From NCBI RefSeq assembly GCF_006345805.1, contig NC_043009.1, positions 31,806,001 through 31,870,000 on the forward strand: DNA of 64,000 bases, in the 5' to 3' direction. Below the pieces are notes generated by a model. The model did no database searches. It was not told where the DNA came from and saw only the letters and a list, made by a program, of their open reading frames with translations. Below, one piece after another: positions 1 through 13,980 of the stretch. Made by a program: the position numbers and the translations under genes. Position 1 is the first letter of the stretch; each line of letters begins with the position of its first letter. The DNA comes from Octopus sinensis. Its lineage: Eukaryota.

Positions 1-96
1 ACACACACACACACACTTTTATCAGTCTGTCTGCAATCAGTCTATCATTTTTCCTATCTATCTATCTGTCTATCTACGTATCTACCAATCTATGTC

Positions 97-129
<33 letters not shown>

Positions 130-176
130 TTATCTATCAACCTGTATCTGTTTATCTACCTGTCTATCTGTCTGTG

Positions 177-208
<32 letters not shown>

Positions 209-291
209 AATCTATCTATCTATCCATCCATCCATCCATCCACCCACCTACCTACCTACCTACCTACCTACCTACCTACCTACCTACCTAC

Positions 292-336
<45 letters not shown>

Positions 337-534
337 AAGCTATCACTCAATCTATCTATCTATCTGTCTGTCTGTCTGTCCATACGTCAGTCCGTCCGTC
401 CGTCTGTCTGTCTGTCTGTCTGTATGTCCCTGTCTATCTACATCAAGTTTTACGTATCTCTATCAAACTGTCCATCTAGCTATCTCCTTATCTAACACAG
501 TATTTCCAACACATATATACCTATACACACACAT

Positions 535-604
<70 letters not shown>

Positions 605-610
605 ACACAT
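1..610. repeat. Compound microsatellite (ATCT)n/(ACCT)n/(GTCT)n/(CA)n
   Basis: Direct reading; explains ORFs 92..625 and 174..479. Confidence 0.95.
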
Positions 611-1820
611 CACATCACAACATAATATCTGGCTTCCCATAATGAACACAACATTTTTGCAGTTTCACAGTTATGAATATATTCTTCAGCAAATATGAAT
701 CTTTACTTCTTCCTTACATATTCCAACATAAATATATGCAAGTGTGTGTGTGTGCGTGTGCGTGCAGGCACGTGTATGTGTGTATAAATGTGTTGTGCAA
801 GTATGCGTGCATGTGTTTGTGTACGTATAAATCAGGTATGTACAAGTGTATGTTTTTTATACCTGCAAAAAATACAAGGGACTCTGCTTGTGTCCTCTTT
901 CATACAACCGCAACTAACATACATCTCACTATGTCACGCTAGAATTTGCTGCACCCATTTAGCTGTAACAGCTCCTCGGTTCCATGTTGTGTGTTTCTGC
1001 CAATAGACATGATGTAGTCAAATGGAATTCATCATTTAGATGAGTGAGAAATTTTCCAAAATATAACACCAGAAATGGTGGTTTGTTCTGCACAACAGAA
1101 ACCGACGAAGCTTACCATGTGTTGAGAGCAACAAGAGTAAATATTGGTGCCATAAATAGATATATTTATACATATATTTGTTTATTTTAATAACAGTTTT
1201 ACTCAGCTCTATATTACTAAAGTAAAGGCATGTTGCTTAGTGGTTAAGGGATTCAGCTCATGATTCTAAGGTTTTAAGTTCAATTCTCTACAGCACTGTC
1301 TTTGACCAAGATGCCTCACTCCACATTGCTCCAGTCCACTCATCCGGCCAGTCACATTACTTATAGTTTTGTGAGGATCACCAGATGTTTGGAGTCAGAG
1401 AGGAGGACACAATTTAAAATAGCTTCTTGGTAACATTAAGACCCCAAGTGGACACTTCAGCTCATGTAATTGTTTTAGTTGACTTACATCATCAGTTTTT
1501 TTTTTTGTTTTTCTATTGGGAGCCCTACATAATAAATCAGTCACAATTTTGGTACCAGTTAGTATTCCGCAGTGATGAAACCTGGCTGAAGAAGTGATGA
1601 ACTCAAAATGAACAAGAGCTTGAATACTGGTCCCTCAAAACAGTAGATGGGGGTTTCACATCAGTGAGTGGCACTAGTGTACTGCAAAGCCATTGAGAGA
1701 AAGGCTCTGAAACAGTGTGGCCCCTAAAGCTTACTGGCATCTGGTATACAAAGTCTTTCATTGACTGCACCTGCACATGCAAGCTGTTTCCAAGTCTCTC
1801 AGTCACATCATTTCTACACT

Positions 1821-2051
1821 TATTTCTTTATTGCCCACAAGGGGCTAAACATAGAGGGGACAAACAAGGACAGACAAAGGGATTAAGTCAATTACATCAA
1901 CCCCAGTGTGTAACTGGTACTTAATTTATCGACCCCGAAAGGATAAAAGACAAAGTCGACCTCGGCGGAATTTGAACTCAGAACGTAGCGGCAGACGAAA
2001 TACCGCTAAGTATTTCGCCCGGCGCACTAACGTTTCTGCCAGCTCACCGCC
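1821..2051 (-). mobile_element. tRNA-derived SINE, family A (young, CpG-rich copy) with target-site duplication
   Basis: Reverse complement starts GGCGGTGAGCTGGCAGAAACGTTAG, contains B-box-like GAGTTCAAATTCC and ends in an A-rich tail. A 17-bp near-duplication CAC(A/C)TCATTTCTACACT lies at 1804-1820 and 2059-2075. More copies occur at 16131, 20483, 24414, 43714 and 62318. Confidence 0.85.
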
Positions 2052-2220
2052 TTGAGCTCACCTCATTTCTACACTATTATGCTACATGTGATAGAGCAGA
2101 AGTTTGCTCTTGGTGACTCAGGATTCCATGGGGTGTGTAATCTTACCAAATGCAGAGGTAATCAATCTGATGCTGACAGGTTCCATATTGGTTTGTTGGA
2201 CCAGCATCAGTGATAGTATC

Positions 2221-2618
2221 TTTTATCTTTTACTTGTTCCAGTCATAAGAATGTGGCCATGATGGAGCACTGCCTTGAAGAATTATTTTCAGAAGAATTG
2301 ACTCCAGTAGTACTTCTTTTTTTTTTTAAAGCCAGGTACTTATTTTGTTGGTCCCTTTCACTGAACAGCTAGGTTAAGGGGATGTAAATGCACCAACACC
2401 TGCTGTTCATCAGTGGTGGGGAACAAACACAGACACAATGACATACACACATATAAATATATAGATATGCAACATGATTCTTTCAGTTTTAGTTTTCCAA
2501 ATTTACTCACAAGGCCGAAAGCTATAGTAGAAACACTTGCCCAAGGTGCCATGCAGTGAGACTGAACATGAAACCATGTGGCTGGGAAGCAAACTCCCTT
2601 TCATACAGCCACACCTGT
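2221..2618 (-). mobile_element. tRNA-derived SINE, family B (CORE-like central motif), diverged
   Basis: Colinear with the full copies at 29994-30402 and 41863-42277 (CTTGGGCAAGTGTCTTCTACTATAG motif, internal TA/TG microsatellite). Confidence 0.75.
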
Positions 2619-3831
2619 ATCTAGAAGGTTGTAATCTCTACGGACATGGGGATTGCAGTCTCTGTCAACTAAGTCTATTGTGGCTTATTTGGAAAGTCAA
2701 AAATCAATGAGTTGACTCATTAACAAGATCAACTTCTGCTGGCAACAGTTGCTTAGATTTTCTCTACTGAATGTAAAATCAGGCTGGTATAGTATATGAG
2801 GCAGAGATTACAATGTAAACTCCAGGTGAATAAGTAAGAGGGCCTGACATGAATGTTAATTGGGAAGTCGTTTTCATGATCCAAAAAATTCCAGATGAAG
2901 TAGGACAGAGAGGTGAAGTTTTCTATGTCCCTATCTGTGAAGGAGTGTAAGTGTTGCACATATCATCCTTTAAATCATTGGCTGTCATGCCCATATAGCG
3001 GCTTGTAGTGCCATCGAATGGAGTGAGGGTTGCTTTACAGATTGGATCCTTTCAGGGGCAGAATCCCTCCAATGGAGAGTTGGTAGGATTTTGGAAGTTA
3101 CAATCAAGAAAAAGACTGACCAATCAATGGTCCGAGAGAAAGGTCTTCATTAAGGCTGCACATACACATGCATATGCACACAAACATACACAGATGCACA
3201 CATGTATATACACCTTTATAAATGCATACACACCCAAACATGCATGCACATGTATGTACACATATACATGCATACATACACACATGTACATGTGCATGTC
3301 TGTATACATGCATAATCACATGCACATACATTTACGTACAGATATACTCATACCCACATCATGGTCTTCTTTCAGTTTTTTACTCACAAAGATTTGATTG
3401 GCTCGTGCCCAAGTTCCATGCAGTGGGACTGAACCCAGAACCACATGCTTTAGAAACAAACACCTCGTCCACAAACCACACGTTTATCTTATATATTAAT
3501 TTATTTATTAAAGAAAGTCATTTGTAAACAATTGAATTACATAAAGACACGATCTTCATTGAATCTGTGTTTTCTTTACCAAAATGTCTTGAATTCTTCC
3601 AATAAAGAGAATGTTTTACTTTTGTAGGTTACAGTACACAGGTGTGGATGAGGGGAGACACATTTCATTTAAAAATACTTCTAGCGATTGAAAACTTATT
3701 GTTTTAAAATGATATTACGTAGATCTGTGCTGATGTTGTTGATGTTGTTTTCTTTTCTCGAAACAATTAAAAAGTTTGACTCTTACGTACACATATTTCT
3801 CAATACTAACCAAGTCAAACTCCAGAATAGT

Positions 3832-3838
3832 AATAATG

Positions 3839-3869
<31 letters not shown>

Positions 3870-3943
3870 TAATAATAATAATAATAATAATGATAATAAT
3901 AATGATAATAATAATGATAATAATAATAATGATAATAATAATG

Positions 3944-3997
<54 letters not shown>

Positions 3998-4031
3998 TGA
4001 TAATAATAATAATAATGATAATAATAATAAT
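3832..4031. repeat. (AAT)n/(GAT) trinucleotide microsatellite
   Basis: Direct reading. Confidence 0.95.
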
Positions 4032-4158
4032 AGGATTAGAAGCAAATAAATAAATTAAAGTAAATTAACAACACTGAAACTGCAATTCAGCAGGTGAAAT
4101 ATTCTACTACAAGAATGTATACCTGTATATTTATGTGCGCATGTGTGAGTACGTATAT

Positions 4159-4202
<44 letters not shown>

Positions 4203-4247
4203 TGTATACAAATATATGTATACATATAGATATATATACATATATAC

Positions 4248-4286
<39 letters not shown>

Positions 4287-4326
4287 CATATGTATACATA
4301 CTCCCACACACATATATATATGTAAG

Positions 4327-4372
<46 letters not shown>

Positions 4373-4632
4373 CACACACACACAAGTAAACCTAAGCGAT
4401 TTCGCACCTCTTTGTGTGTCTCTTAGTTTGTAAAGTTTAAAAATGTTACAGAACATTTGTGGCCGATTTAAAAACCTGAGGCTAAATGACTCTGATAGAA
4501 TTCTCATGTTCAAAAATCTATTCCAAGGTATAACGGTTGGGGTGAGGGGCGGGGGATGGGCGGAATGAGAATTGGTTTTCAATATATTTTTAGATGATCT
4601 CCACACATGTGCTGAGGATGAGCAAGTTTGCT

Positions 4633-4634
4633 GT

Positions 4635-4670
<36 letters not shown>

Positions 4671-4775
4671 CAATGAAGGTGGTGGTGTTGGTGTTGGTGG
4701 TGGTGGTTGTGGTGGTGGTGGTGGTGGTGGTGGTGATGAGGATGATGATGATGATGATGACAATGAAGGTGGTGG

Positions 4776-4806
<31 letters not shown>

Positions 4807-5068
4807 GGTGGCAGTGTTGGTGGTGATGAGGATGATGATGATGATGATGGTGGTGGTGTTGGTGTTGGTGGTGTTGATGGTGATGAGGATGATGATGATG
4901 AGGTGGAGGATATTGGCAGTTTGACAATGGGAGATGTGGATAGTGATAATGATGATGGCATAAGCAATGATGAAGATGATGACAAGGAGGAGGAGGAGAC
5001 ACTGGAAACAACAAAAATGAAGATGAAGGGGATGCTGAAAAGGATGATGATGATGCTGTTGATGATGG

Positions 5069-5106
<38 letters not shown>

Positions 5107-5107
5107 G
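4633..5107. repeat. Compound (GAT)n/(GGT)n low-complexity tract with an internal ~87-bp higher-order duplication
   Basis: GATGACAATGAAGGTGGTGGTGTTG recurs about 87 bp apart; explains the poly-D/G/H/M ORFs. Confidence 0.9.
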
Positions 5108-5378
5108 TGAAGACATTATTGGGCTGGCATAATCTTTATCCTCTCAGACAAAAGTTGCTGACTGGAATTTCTTCCTGCGCTTCACATTATGAGTTCAAAT
5201 CCCACCAAGGTTGTCTTCCATCCCTTCAAGAACAATAAATTGAGTACCAGTTCCACACTGGGGGCAATCTAACCTAAATTTTCCAGCTTTGGGATAAAAG
5301 TTTGAAAACATTCTTTTTCATCTTTTTCATCTTTTTATTATTATTTTTATTCTCCTTCTCCTTCTTTGTCCTCTTATT

Positions 5379-5505
5379 CATCATCATCATCGTTTAACGT
5401 CTGCTTCCCATGCTGGCATGGGTTGGACAGTTTGACGATGGTCTGGAAAGCCAGTGGCTGCACCAGGCTCCAATCTGATCTGGTAAAGTTTCTACAGCTG
5501 GATGC
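5379..5505 (-). mobile_element. RTE-type 3' tail fragment (family C) with (GAT)n tail
   Basis: Matches the 3' end of the RTE LINE at 27873-28946 (CGTTTAACGTC..CCATGCT.GCATGGGTTGGAC on +); abuts a family B SINE. Confidence 0.75.
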
Positions 5506-5506
5506 T

Positions 5507-5766
5507 GTAGTGACGGGGACATAAGCACACCAGCATCAGTTGTCAAGCAATGCTAGGGGGACAAACACAGACACATACACATATATACATATATATATAT
5601 ACGATGGGCTTCTTTCAGTTTCCGTCTATGAAATTCACTCACAAGGCTTTGGTCAGCCCGAGAATATAGTAGAAGACACTTGCCCAAGGTGCCACGCAGT
5701 GGGACTGAACCCAGAACCATGTGGTTGGTAAACAAACTACTTACCACACAGCCACTCCTGCGCCTG
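5507..5766 (-). mobile_element. SINE family B, 3'-truncated
   Basis: Head GGCGCAGGAGTGGCTGTGTGGTAAG on the - strand, colinear with 29994-30402. Confidence 0.85.
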
Positions 5767-5850
5767 TACGTTTTTAACGAGGATTCTTAAGTTGATTAAA
5801 TAAACCGCTGCAATTATTGGATGAATTAATTAGTTGATTAATTGTTTCAG

Positions 5851-5940
5851 GCTGTCCAACAATGAAAGCTGCAGAAAGAATACGTTTGTTGCGCGAAGCT
5901 AAACAGTTAAATAAGGACAATATTATATCTTGTGATTCAG
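5851..5940 (+). CDS. Candidate internal coding exon (90 bp, phase 1-1) of an unidentified host gene: (G)CPTMKAAERIRLLREAKQLNKDNIISCDS
   Basis: Acceptor ttgattaattgtttcag and perfect donor CAG|gtaagt. One open frame, length a multiple of 3, non-repetitive sequence. Phase-compatible with the exon at 33499. Protein not recognised. Confidence 0.65.
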
Positions 5941-6035
5941 GTAAGTCCTGGCTTTAGAATCATTTTACATCAGGAACAGAGCAAAGAATGTCCGGCTGCT
6001 AAGCTACAGCCCACCGTCACATGCCACTGGAACAT

Positions 6036-6898
6036 TATTATTATTATCATTTACTTTTAATCTGCATCTTTGTTACAGTCACTTGCCGAGGCACTCAGCA
6101 TCCTGGGGTGAGTGAAGGATAAGAGTTGTTATAGTATGACTGAAAGCTTTGGGAGAGGAAATAGCAAAATATCTTCATGTAATACAACACAGACATTTAA
6201 GTGGATAGGGTTTTTCTAAGGATGTCAGCAGTACTTGTCAGTACAAGCTTTTGGGTTTCTCTGAGACATGGTTCTCCTGGGATCTTATCTAGCTGTTTCT
6301 AACATCCCCTTTTTATCATACCTAGGGCGCCTACAATAACAGTAACAGTTCTCGTTTTAAGATGCTACATCATTTGTATTTCAAATTCCAGGTCCTTATA
6401 TTTACTTAGTTTGTCAAATTCCTTGACAGATATATTTTTATCAGTGGGAACACTTACAAGTCTTCTTTTCCTTGTCTTTAATAATTATGTCTGGTCAATT
6501 AGCCTGGATTGTTCTGTCAGTGTTGACTTGAAAATCCCAGAGAATAGTGAAATTTTTACTTTCAATGACTGGCTCAGAATGATGTTCATACCAGTAAGCA
6601 GGAGTGCTGATTTTGTAGAGTTTACGTATTTTTCAATGTAAATACTGTCCTACCCTATCATGGTGATTTTTGTATTTGTTTGGTGTCAGCGCAGGACATC
6701 TTGAGACAAGATAGTCTATTGTTTCATCAAATGTGTTGCACAATTTGTATTTAGAGTCAGAACCGTTTTGAAGAATGTTAGTCTGGAAGATTTGGTAAGC
6801 AAGCCTTGATATTGTGCCACCAATATGAAACCTTCAGTCCTTGCTTTCCTTCCTGAACTTCTCAGCCATTGATGAGTTGTTGCTTGTTCTACATCAAC
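6036..6898 (-). mobile_element. 5'-truncated non-LTR retrotransposon with zinc knuckle and restriction-like endonuclease (R4/Dong-like), pseudogenised
   Basis: - strand reads, with stops and frameshifts, ..HQWLRSSG..TEGFI..AQ.Q..KLCNTFDETIDYLVSRCPAL..HDRVGQYLH*..ILWDFQVNTDRTIQAN*PDIII..KLVLTSTADILRKTLST*. These are a CCHC-derived knuckle, PD-(D/E)xK and the typical C-terminus. The element ends at an (ATT)n run. Confidence 0.85.
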
Positions 6899-6899
6899 A

Positions 6900-6909
6900 T
6901 TATCATCAC

Positions 6910-6963
<54 letters not shown>

Positions 6964-7100
6964 TATCATCATCATCATCATCATTATTATTATTATTATT
7001 ATTATATTATTATTATTATTATTATTATTATTATCATTATTATTATTGTTGTCGTTGTTGTTGTTCTTGTTGTTGTTTTTGTTGTTGCTGTTGTTGTTGT
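6900..7100. repeat. (CAT)n(ATT)n(GTT)n compound microsatellite
   Basis: Direct reading. Confidence 0.95.
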
Positions 7101-7229
7101 GTTGTATCATGGAATAGGTGTTTTGTGCTATTTCATTGCATTTCCTATTAAACCCAAATCTTGCAGTTTAGAATGTAAAGTATTTCCTGCTTTTCGTGTG
7201 AAAGTTTTTTTCTGATCTTTATATTTGTT

Positions 7230-7450
7230 TTCAGATCATATTGAGGACTTTCCTGTTGAATCTAGAAGACACGTTTTCTGTATTCCACCACCTCTCTGGT
7301 TTTCAAAGAACAAGTTTTTAAAGTTTTGTCCTCAGATTTTTTTGTCACTCTTCCTAAGGTTCCCATAATAATTAGCAGTATCATGGCTTTGTTAATTTCT
7401 GTGTTCCAACACCTGAGGATTTGCATACTTTAAGTTGGTGTAAATACTTT
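7230..7450 (-). mobile_element. Older RLE-LINE C-terminal relic
   Basis: Degenerate - strand peptides ..WNTEINKAMILLIIMGTLGRVTKK.. and IQKTCLLDST.. resemble the ..IIVGALG.. / QK..LLGT.. end of the same clade. Confidence 0.4.
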
Positions 7451-7995
7451 ACACCTCTCTATTATTATTTTAATTATTTTTACTACTATTTCTAAAGGTA
7501 ATAGTAGAAATGACTACAAAAGTAGTGAGATAATAGTAGTTTAATGATTATTGATATTAAGTAATTATATTGATGATGACCTCGATGATGATGGTGATGA
7601 TATCAATAACAACAATGGAGATATTGATGATGATGATGATGATGATGATGATACAGAAATGGAAAGAAGCTCATCTGTTTTCTGCACTTAGAATCGATTC
7701 CATTCTTTGTTCCGTTCAATACATTGGTTCTAGGCATTCGTTTGGTTGAGTTATATAAAAATTATTGCTTGCAACGAGTAATTGTCAGTTAGCAGACTTT
7801 GTACCCCTAGTGAATGTCACAGAAATGAGCGTAATAAACTTTGAAATGCCCAGAATTCATTCTACTGGTCTAACTTGCTCATTTCAAGATATTTATTGGC
7901 ATTAAATGCCAGAAAAATATATGATTAATGCCATGTCTAAAGCTTGATTTAATGTCATAAAATATGGTTGAATAACTATAAAATTCTAACAGACA

Positions 7996-8026
<31 letters not shown>

Positions 8027-8317
8027 CACACACACACACACACACACACACAAATGCAAACACAAAAAAAAAATAGGAAAAAATTTAAAATATTCCAATA
8101 GGAGGATATTAGTTACTGAACTTGTCTTATTTTTTTTTTTCTGGTTTGACAAAGGAAGAAACAAAAAGTTTTTTTCTAAGACCTCTGTTTATTATTTTAT
8201 GCATTCATTATTTAATATATTTTAACCCCTGCATTTTATTTCTCCACAAACACACACACACACATGCATACACATATAAAAACAGATAGATATAGATAGA
8301 GATATAGATACATACAA

Positions 8318-8358
<41 letters not shown>

Positions 8359-9612
8359 TATACGTATATATGGAATAAAATAAATATGCACTTGTATATA
8401 TGTATATATAAATGTATATGTGCAAGTGTGTGTGTGTGTGCATGTGTATGTACATGCATGCATGTATGGGTGTGTATAAAAACTCCTCTTCAACTTGCAT
8501 ATTAAGTAGGAAAATACGCATATTTTTGTATTTACATTCATCCACTGATAACAACAAGGAAAATAAAACTAAAAAAAGATAAACCCAGAAATTCTGTGGG
8601 TTTTAAAGCATCTTTTTTTTTGTTACTTATTAGCTATTCCCAGTAAGAACAATTGTGAGTTTGCTAAAACATCTATATTTGTCTTTCTACCTTTCTTTTC
8701 TTGAAAACTTTATAAAATATTGAGAAGAAACAGAACAACAATAAACACCAGTGTTTCATTATGAATAGTCACTGTTCTGGAAATGGTGCAATCATATTTT
8801 ATAAGGAGGGGAATGTAATTGCATACATACAAAAGTATATAGATACACAAATACAAATATATAAATATACATATATATATATATATAGATACACACATAT
8901 ATATACATATACAAATATATACATATACATATATATATATACACACACATATATATATACACACACATGCATATATCTATATATACATAAATGCATACAT
9001 ACATATGTTAATAAATAATTTTATGATAGCTCATGCAAAATTAAATAAATATACAAGCTAAAAAAACTATGTGATAGAAGAATATTTTTCATATAATGAA
9101 AACAGTAAAACAAAGCAACATTAACACACACACACTTATGCATGCCCACACATACATTTGTACTAATACAAAGAAGCATGAACATCCAGAATGCGAAAAT
9201 AAAATTTCTTTTCTTTATCAACATTCCAACTTTTCCATAAAACTAAATTTGGCAAATTGTATTTTTGCCCAAACTGATTGCCCAAGAATTGTCGTCAGAA
9301 GCAAGCAGTTTTGAGAAGTAGGAGGATTCTCATAAACCATACTACTGTAGAGAAATCAATTATTGATTGACATTTTTGCAAACAATTACTATTATTGTGC
9401 ATCCATAAGACACCGAAATTGGTGCATTAGCATCAGAGAAGGGCATCCAGCTGTAAAAAAATTCTTCACTGAACATTCCATGTTGTGGAAAGAAGAAAGA
9501 AGAGAATGAATGCTTTCAATGAAAAGTACCATGGAAAATGAGGCAATTTATGTTGAATTGAAAGCAAAAGCATACTAGCACATGTCCACATGTGTGTATG
9601 TGTGTATGTATG

Positions 9613-9656
<44 letters not shown>

Positions 9657-10049
9657 TATATATATATACATACATATATATATATACATATATATATATA
9701 CATGCATATACATATACACATACATATATACACATACATATATATACAGATACATATATATATATTTTTATATGTATATATGTATGTATATATATATATA
9801 TACATATATAAATAGCCAGAGACACACATACACATATTCATTCACAAACTAAATATAAATGAAGGCATATTGTTTTCCTTACACTTGTCTGCATTCTTCT
9901 TCACACTCCTCCTATTTATAGAAATTCTTTATTCCTCTTTTCTCTTAATTCGTACCTTACTGCTATTCATCTCCTCTTCCTTCCACTATACCTGTATGCA
10001 TATATACGTGTGTGTGTATGTATCATGCATGTATGAGTGTGTGTGTATT

Positions 10050-10082
<33 letters not shown>

Positions 10083-10352
10083 ATTACACACACAGGCACA
10101 TATAAAAATATATATGGATATTCATCATCATCTTCATCGTCATCATTTAACAGCCATTATCCATGCTGGTATGAGTTGGATGGTTTGACAGGAGCTGTCC
10201 AAACTCCAGTTGTCTGTTTTGGCATTATATCTACAGCTTGATGCTCTTCCTAACACTAACCACTTTACAGAATGTACTGGTTACTTGATATGTAGTACCA
10301 GCACAGGTGTGCCTATACACCTCTGGCCCAAGTGCATTTAATATGAATGCAT

Positions 10353-10582
10353 TTAACCCATTAAATCCCAGAGTACTTAAATTTCTGAATATTACTTTTA
10401 AATTTTTACATATGATTGAAAATAGGTTAGAATGAAAAAAATAATTATTAAAATTCTTTACTTCAAGTAGAAATGGAAATACTCTGTGTTCTATAAATAG
10501 AACACTTAGACAATGTGATATAGCTTATTTAATGTTCTCGTTTAGTGTCCTGTTTATAGGACAGTAGGACTTAACAGGTTAA
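10353..10582. mobile_element. TTAA-flanked MITE-like element (piggyBac-type ends), old
   Basis: TTAA-CCCATTAAATCC ... GGACTTAACAGG-TTAA imperfect TIRs plus an internal imperfect inverted repeat. Confidence 0.45.
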
Positions 10583-10952
10583 TGTGGCACCAGCAGCAGA
10601 AAAGGGTTCTATTTCTGGAAAGATTTATATGCTCCTATGTATCCTATTACATCTACACATTCAAAGCAGTTTGCCAACTGTCCTTCAGCAACAATGCACC
10701 TTGATAAACTCGGTGACCGCTACTAAATTCAGGCCACGAAAGGCAGAGATGTTCTTGAAGTTGAGAATTTCAACTTAAGGAGACAATATTTACATATTGC
10801 CTAAAGAAACACAACTAGATCTCATAATATAAAGAAATGATTGCATAATCAAGTACCTGCATGCCTGAAGAACAATGTTGCATAGAAACAATTGTAGGGG
10901 TTGAAAATAAATGTCCAATCGTGCTCCTTTTGTTGACTCCAAATTTCTTCAG

Positions 10953-11004
<52 letters not shown>

Positions 11005-11473
11005 CACATGATCAACCAGACTCTCAGATGTTGTTATACATCGCTGGTTACAATACATTTTACATTGATTTAGATTTCGTATAATGCCACCCCTCTGGCT
11101 GAGAAGGCCGGCCAACATTAGGATTTTTGCTCAAGAACACAATGTGCAGTTGGTCTGGGAATCAAAACTACAATCTCATGATTGTATTTACAAAATGCCT
11201 AACCACTAGACCATGTGCCTTCACACACACACACACATATTTGCATATGAGTATACATACAGCAGTTAAGGGATTAGCATGTGCCAAAAGCTGTATATAT
11301 TTTCAGGTAACATTCTGAATAATTTCTGAAATTTTCGATTTATGTTGCTACTCTCACTCAAAGAAATTGGGGTTTTTGGAGGTTTTGGGGATGAAGGATT
11401 TGAACTATGTATACATTGTGTGTGTATGTGTGTGTGCAGATCTTTCCATGTATGTATTAATGTAACTCAGTAT

Positions 11474-11552
<79 letters not shown>

Positions 11553-11556
<4 letters not shown>

Positions 11557-11695
11557 AGAGTTTACGAAAAAACAAAATACAAAGACAGGTGGTGTACAAA
11601 ACAAACAGATGTATTAGTATAACGCTCAGGAATAGAAAAAGTCTTTTATGTTTTGAGCCTATGCTCTTCTACAGAAAGGGACACAGAAAAAACAG
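11553..11695 (-). mobile_element. Penelope-like terminal-repeat relic with a decayed hammerhead-like motif (11643-11678)
   Basis: Abuts (TA)n; second copy at 14947-15100. - strand reads CUUU CUGUAGA A GAGC AUAG GCUC AAAA CAU A AAAG. Confidence 0.5.
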
Positions 11696-11861
11696 TGTGT
11701 ATATATATATATATATATATCATTAATAAAAAAACATATACCCGAAAGAAGGTGTGAAACCTGGGTAACTGTATATAAAATTTTGTTGTAATATATATAG
11801 TTAGAGAATACATACGCATATACATTCACAAGATAATAAAAAAGAAGGCATATTGTTATAT

Positions 11862-11894
<33 letters not shown>

Positions 11895-11895
11895 T

Positions 11896-12064
11896 ATACT
11901 AAGCAATAAAAGGTTTAGCAACGAATTGCCTTACCACATACCGAATTTAGAAATAGCAGTCAAAGAGTTATAGCTATTTCTTCTAGCTATAACTCTTTGA
12001 CTGCTATTTCTAAATTCGGTATGTGGTAAGGCAATTCGTTGCTAAACCCTTTATTGCTTAGTAT
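11896..12064. repeat. Near-perfect palindrome, 81-bp arms, 7-nt loop
   Basis: Arms 11896-11976 and 11984-12064, one mismatch, loop TTTCTTC; (TA)n on the left. Confidence 0.95.
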
Positions 12065-12204
12065 TACTTAAATTTTCCTCGAATGAGGCTTTTACATGCC
12101 GAAGACTACTTGGTGTAATTGATAATTATTCCAAATTAATTCATTTCACCCTTCATTATTACGGATTATATATAGATATATATATATAAATAGATAGATA
12201 TAAA

Positions 12205-12412
12205 AAGATCCCAGTGTCACACAAATTGCATCCATGCCGGTGGCATGTAAAAGCACCCATTACACTCCTGGAGTGGTTGGCATTAGGAAGGGCATCCAAC
12301 TGTAGAAAACCATGCCAAACCAGACTGGAATCTGGTGCAGCCTTCCAGCATGCCAGCCCAGTCAAACTGTCCACCCCATGCTAACATGGACAAATGGTGA
12401 TGATGATGATGA
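12205..12412 (+). mobile_element. RTE-type 3' tail element (family C)
   Basis: GGCATGTAAAAGCACCC..GGTTGGCATTAGGAAGGGCATCC..CCCATGCTAACATGG..(GAT)n. Confidence 0.75.
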
Positions 12413-13543
12413 ACACACATACGCATATATAGGCACAGAAGTGGTAGTGTGGAAGAAGTATTCTTCCAGACCCCATGGTTCAAAGATCAGTTCCAAAGCA
12501 AGGCACCTTTGGCAGGTGCCATCTACTATATAGATTTGAGCAGACCAAAGCCTTGTGGTGATTTGGTAGACAGAAACTGAAAGAAGCCCATTGTCATGTT
12601 AGTCTTTGCACTTTACATGCAAAGAATACTTTCTTCGCTGCAACAGTCTTTCAGTGCTTCGGATCAATACTCTTCCTTTCACCTCTTCTTCCTTCTTCTC
12701 CCCCTTTCTCCAGACTTTCTCTTTGTTTCATTCTCTCTCTTTCTCTCTTTCCCCTTTCTCCCTCTCTCTCCCTTCCTCTCTCTCTCTCTCTCTCTTTCAC
12801 ATACACACATACAAACATGCATACACACGCTACCATTCTTTCCCTCTCCTATTCTTTCGGTGTCTCTGTCTTATTAAACCATAACATCTTCCCATTCATC
12901 TCTCCATTGATCTTCCTTCTCTACCAAATTCTCTCTTCTTTCAACTTCGTGTCACAAGTCAGATGATGTTTGTGTCTTTGTTGAAAAATTAGTTGAGATG
13001 TAGAAGTACTGCTGCTGCTGCTGCTGTTGCTAATGGTGTTGAAGGGATACGAACAAGCAGGGATTCACTCCTTGCCTTTTATATAATTCTTTGATCTTCT
13101 TTTCTCTCTAAAATTTTCCTTCCTTTTTTTTTTTAAATATAATAACTGATTTTCATCTCAACTGAATGGACATATATCATCATCATCATCATTATCATCA
13201 TCATCACCATCATCATCTTCATCACCACCACCATCACCACCACCACCACCACTACCATCATCATCATCATCGATAATGTCCTCTATTCCATACTGTCACA
13301 GGCGAGACATATGTGTGTATATGCACACATATACATACACATATACATATATATATATGTGCAGATATATGTGTGTGTGCATGTATATATAAATACATAC
13401 ATACATACATACATATATACATATATATATATATACATACATACACACACACATATATATACATATATATGCACATACATATATATATACAGACAAAACA
13501 TATATATACATACATACGTACACACACACACACATATATATAT

Positions 13544-13612
<69 letters not shown>

Positions 13613-13980
13613 CAGACAAAGACATATATACATATATATATACACATATACATATATATCTCCAGGTGTTGATCAGTGCAATGAAATCAAGTGTAAATTT
13701 TAGTTAGAAACTATGGAAATCTGATTATTTAATGGCTGGAGATATTAGAATCTATTTAAGGCATTCTTACTATTCATTTATTTCTTTATTTGCTTCATTC
13801 ATTGGACCATGGCCATGCTGGGGCATTACCTTGAAATGATTTTAGTCAATGAAAACGATCCCAGTACTTGCTTATTTTGTGTCTGGGGGTTCCATCATTA
13901 GTTATCTCCCAGTTTCTCACACACACACACTTAAAACTTTTACCCATCCTCATATGTATATATACATAGGATAAATGTGT

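Noticed and set aside
4539-4560. G-quadruplex-type motif GGGGTGAGGGGCGGGGGATGGG
   Set aside because: Single isolated motif with no context suggesting function.
4055-5238. Long ORFs (353 aa, 214 aa) rich in His, Asp, Gly and Met
   Set aside because: Translations of (GAT)n/(GGT)n/(TA)n microsatellites, open in several frames on both strands.
7235-7370. Strong acceptor followed by an open frame (DHIEDFPVESRR...)
   Set aside because: No convincing donor; the sequence is explained as the antisense of an RLE-LINE relic.
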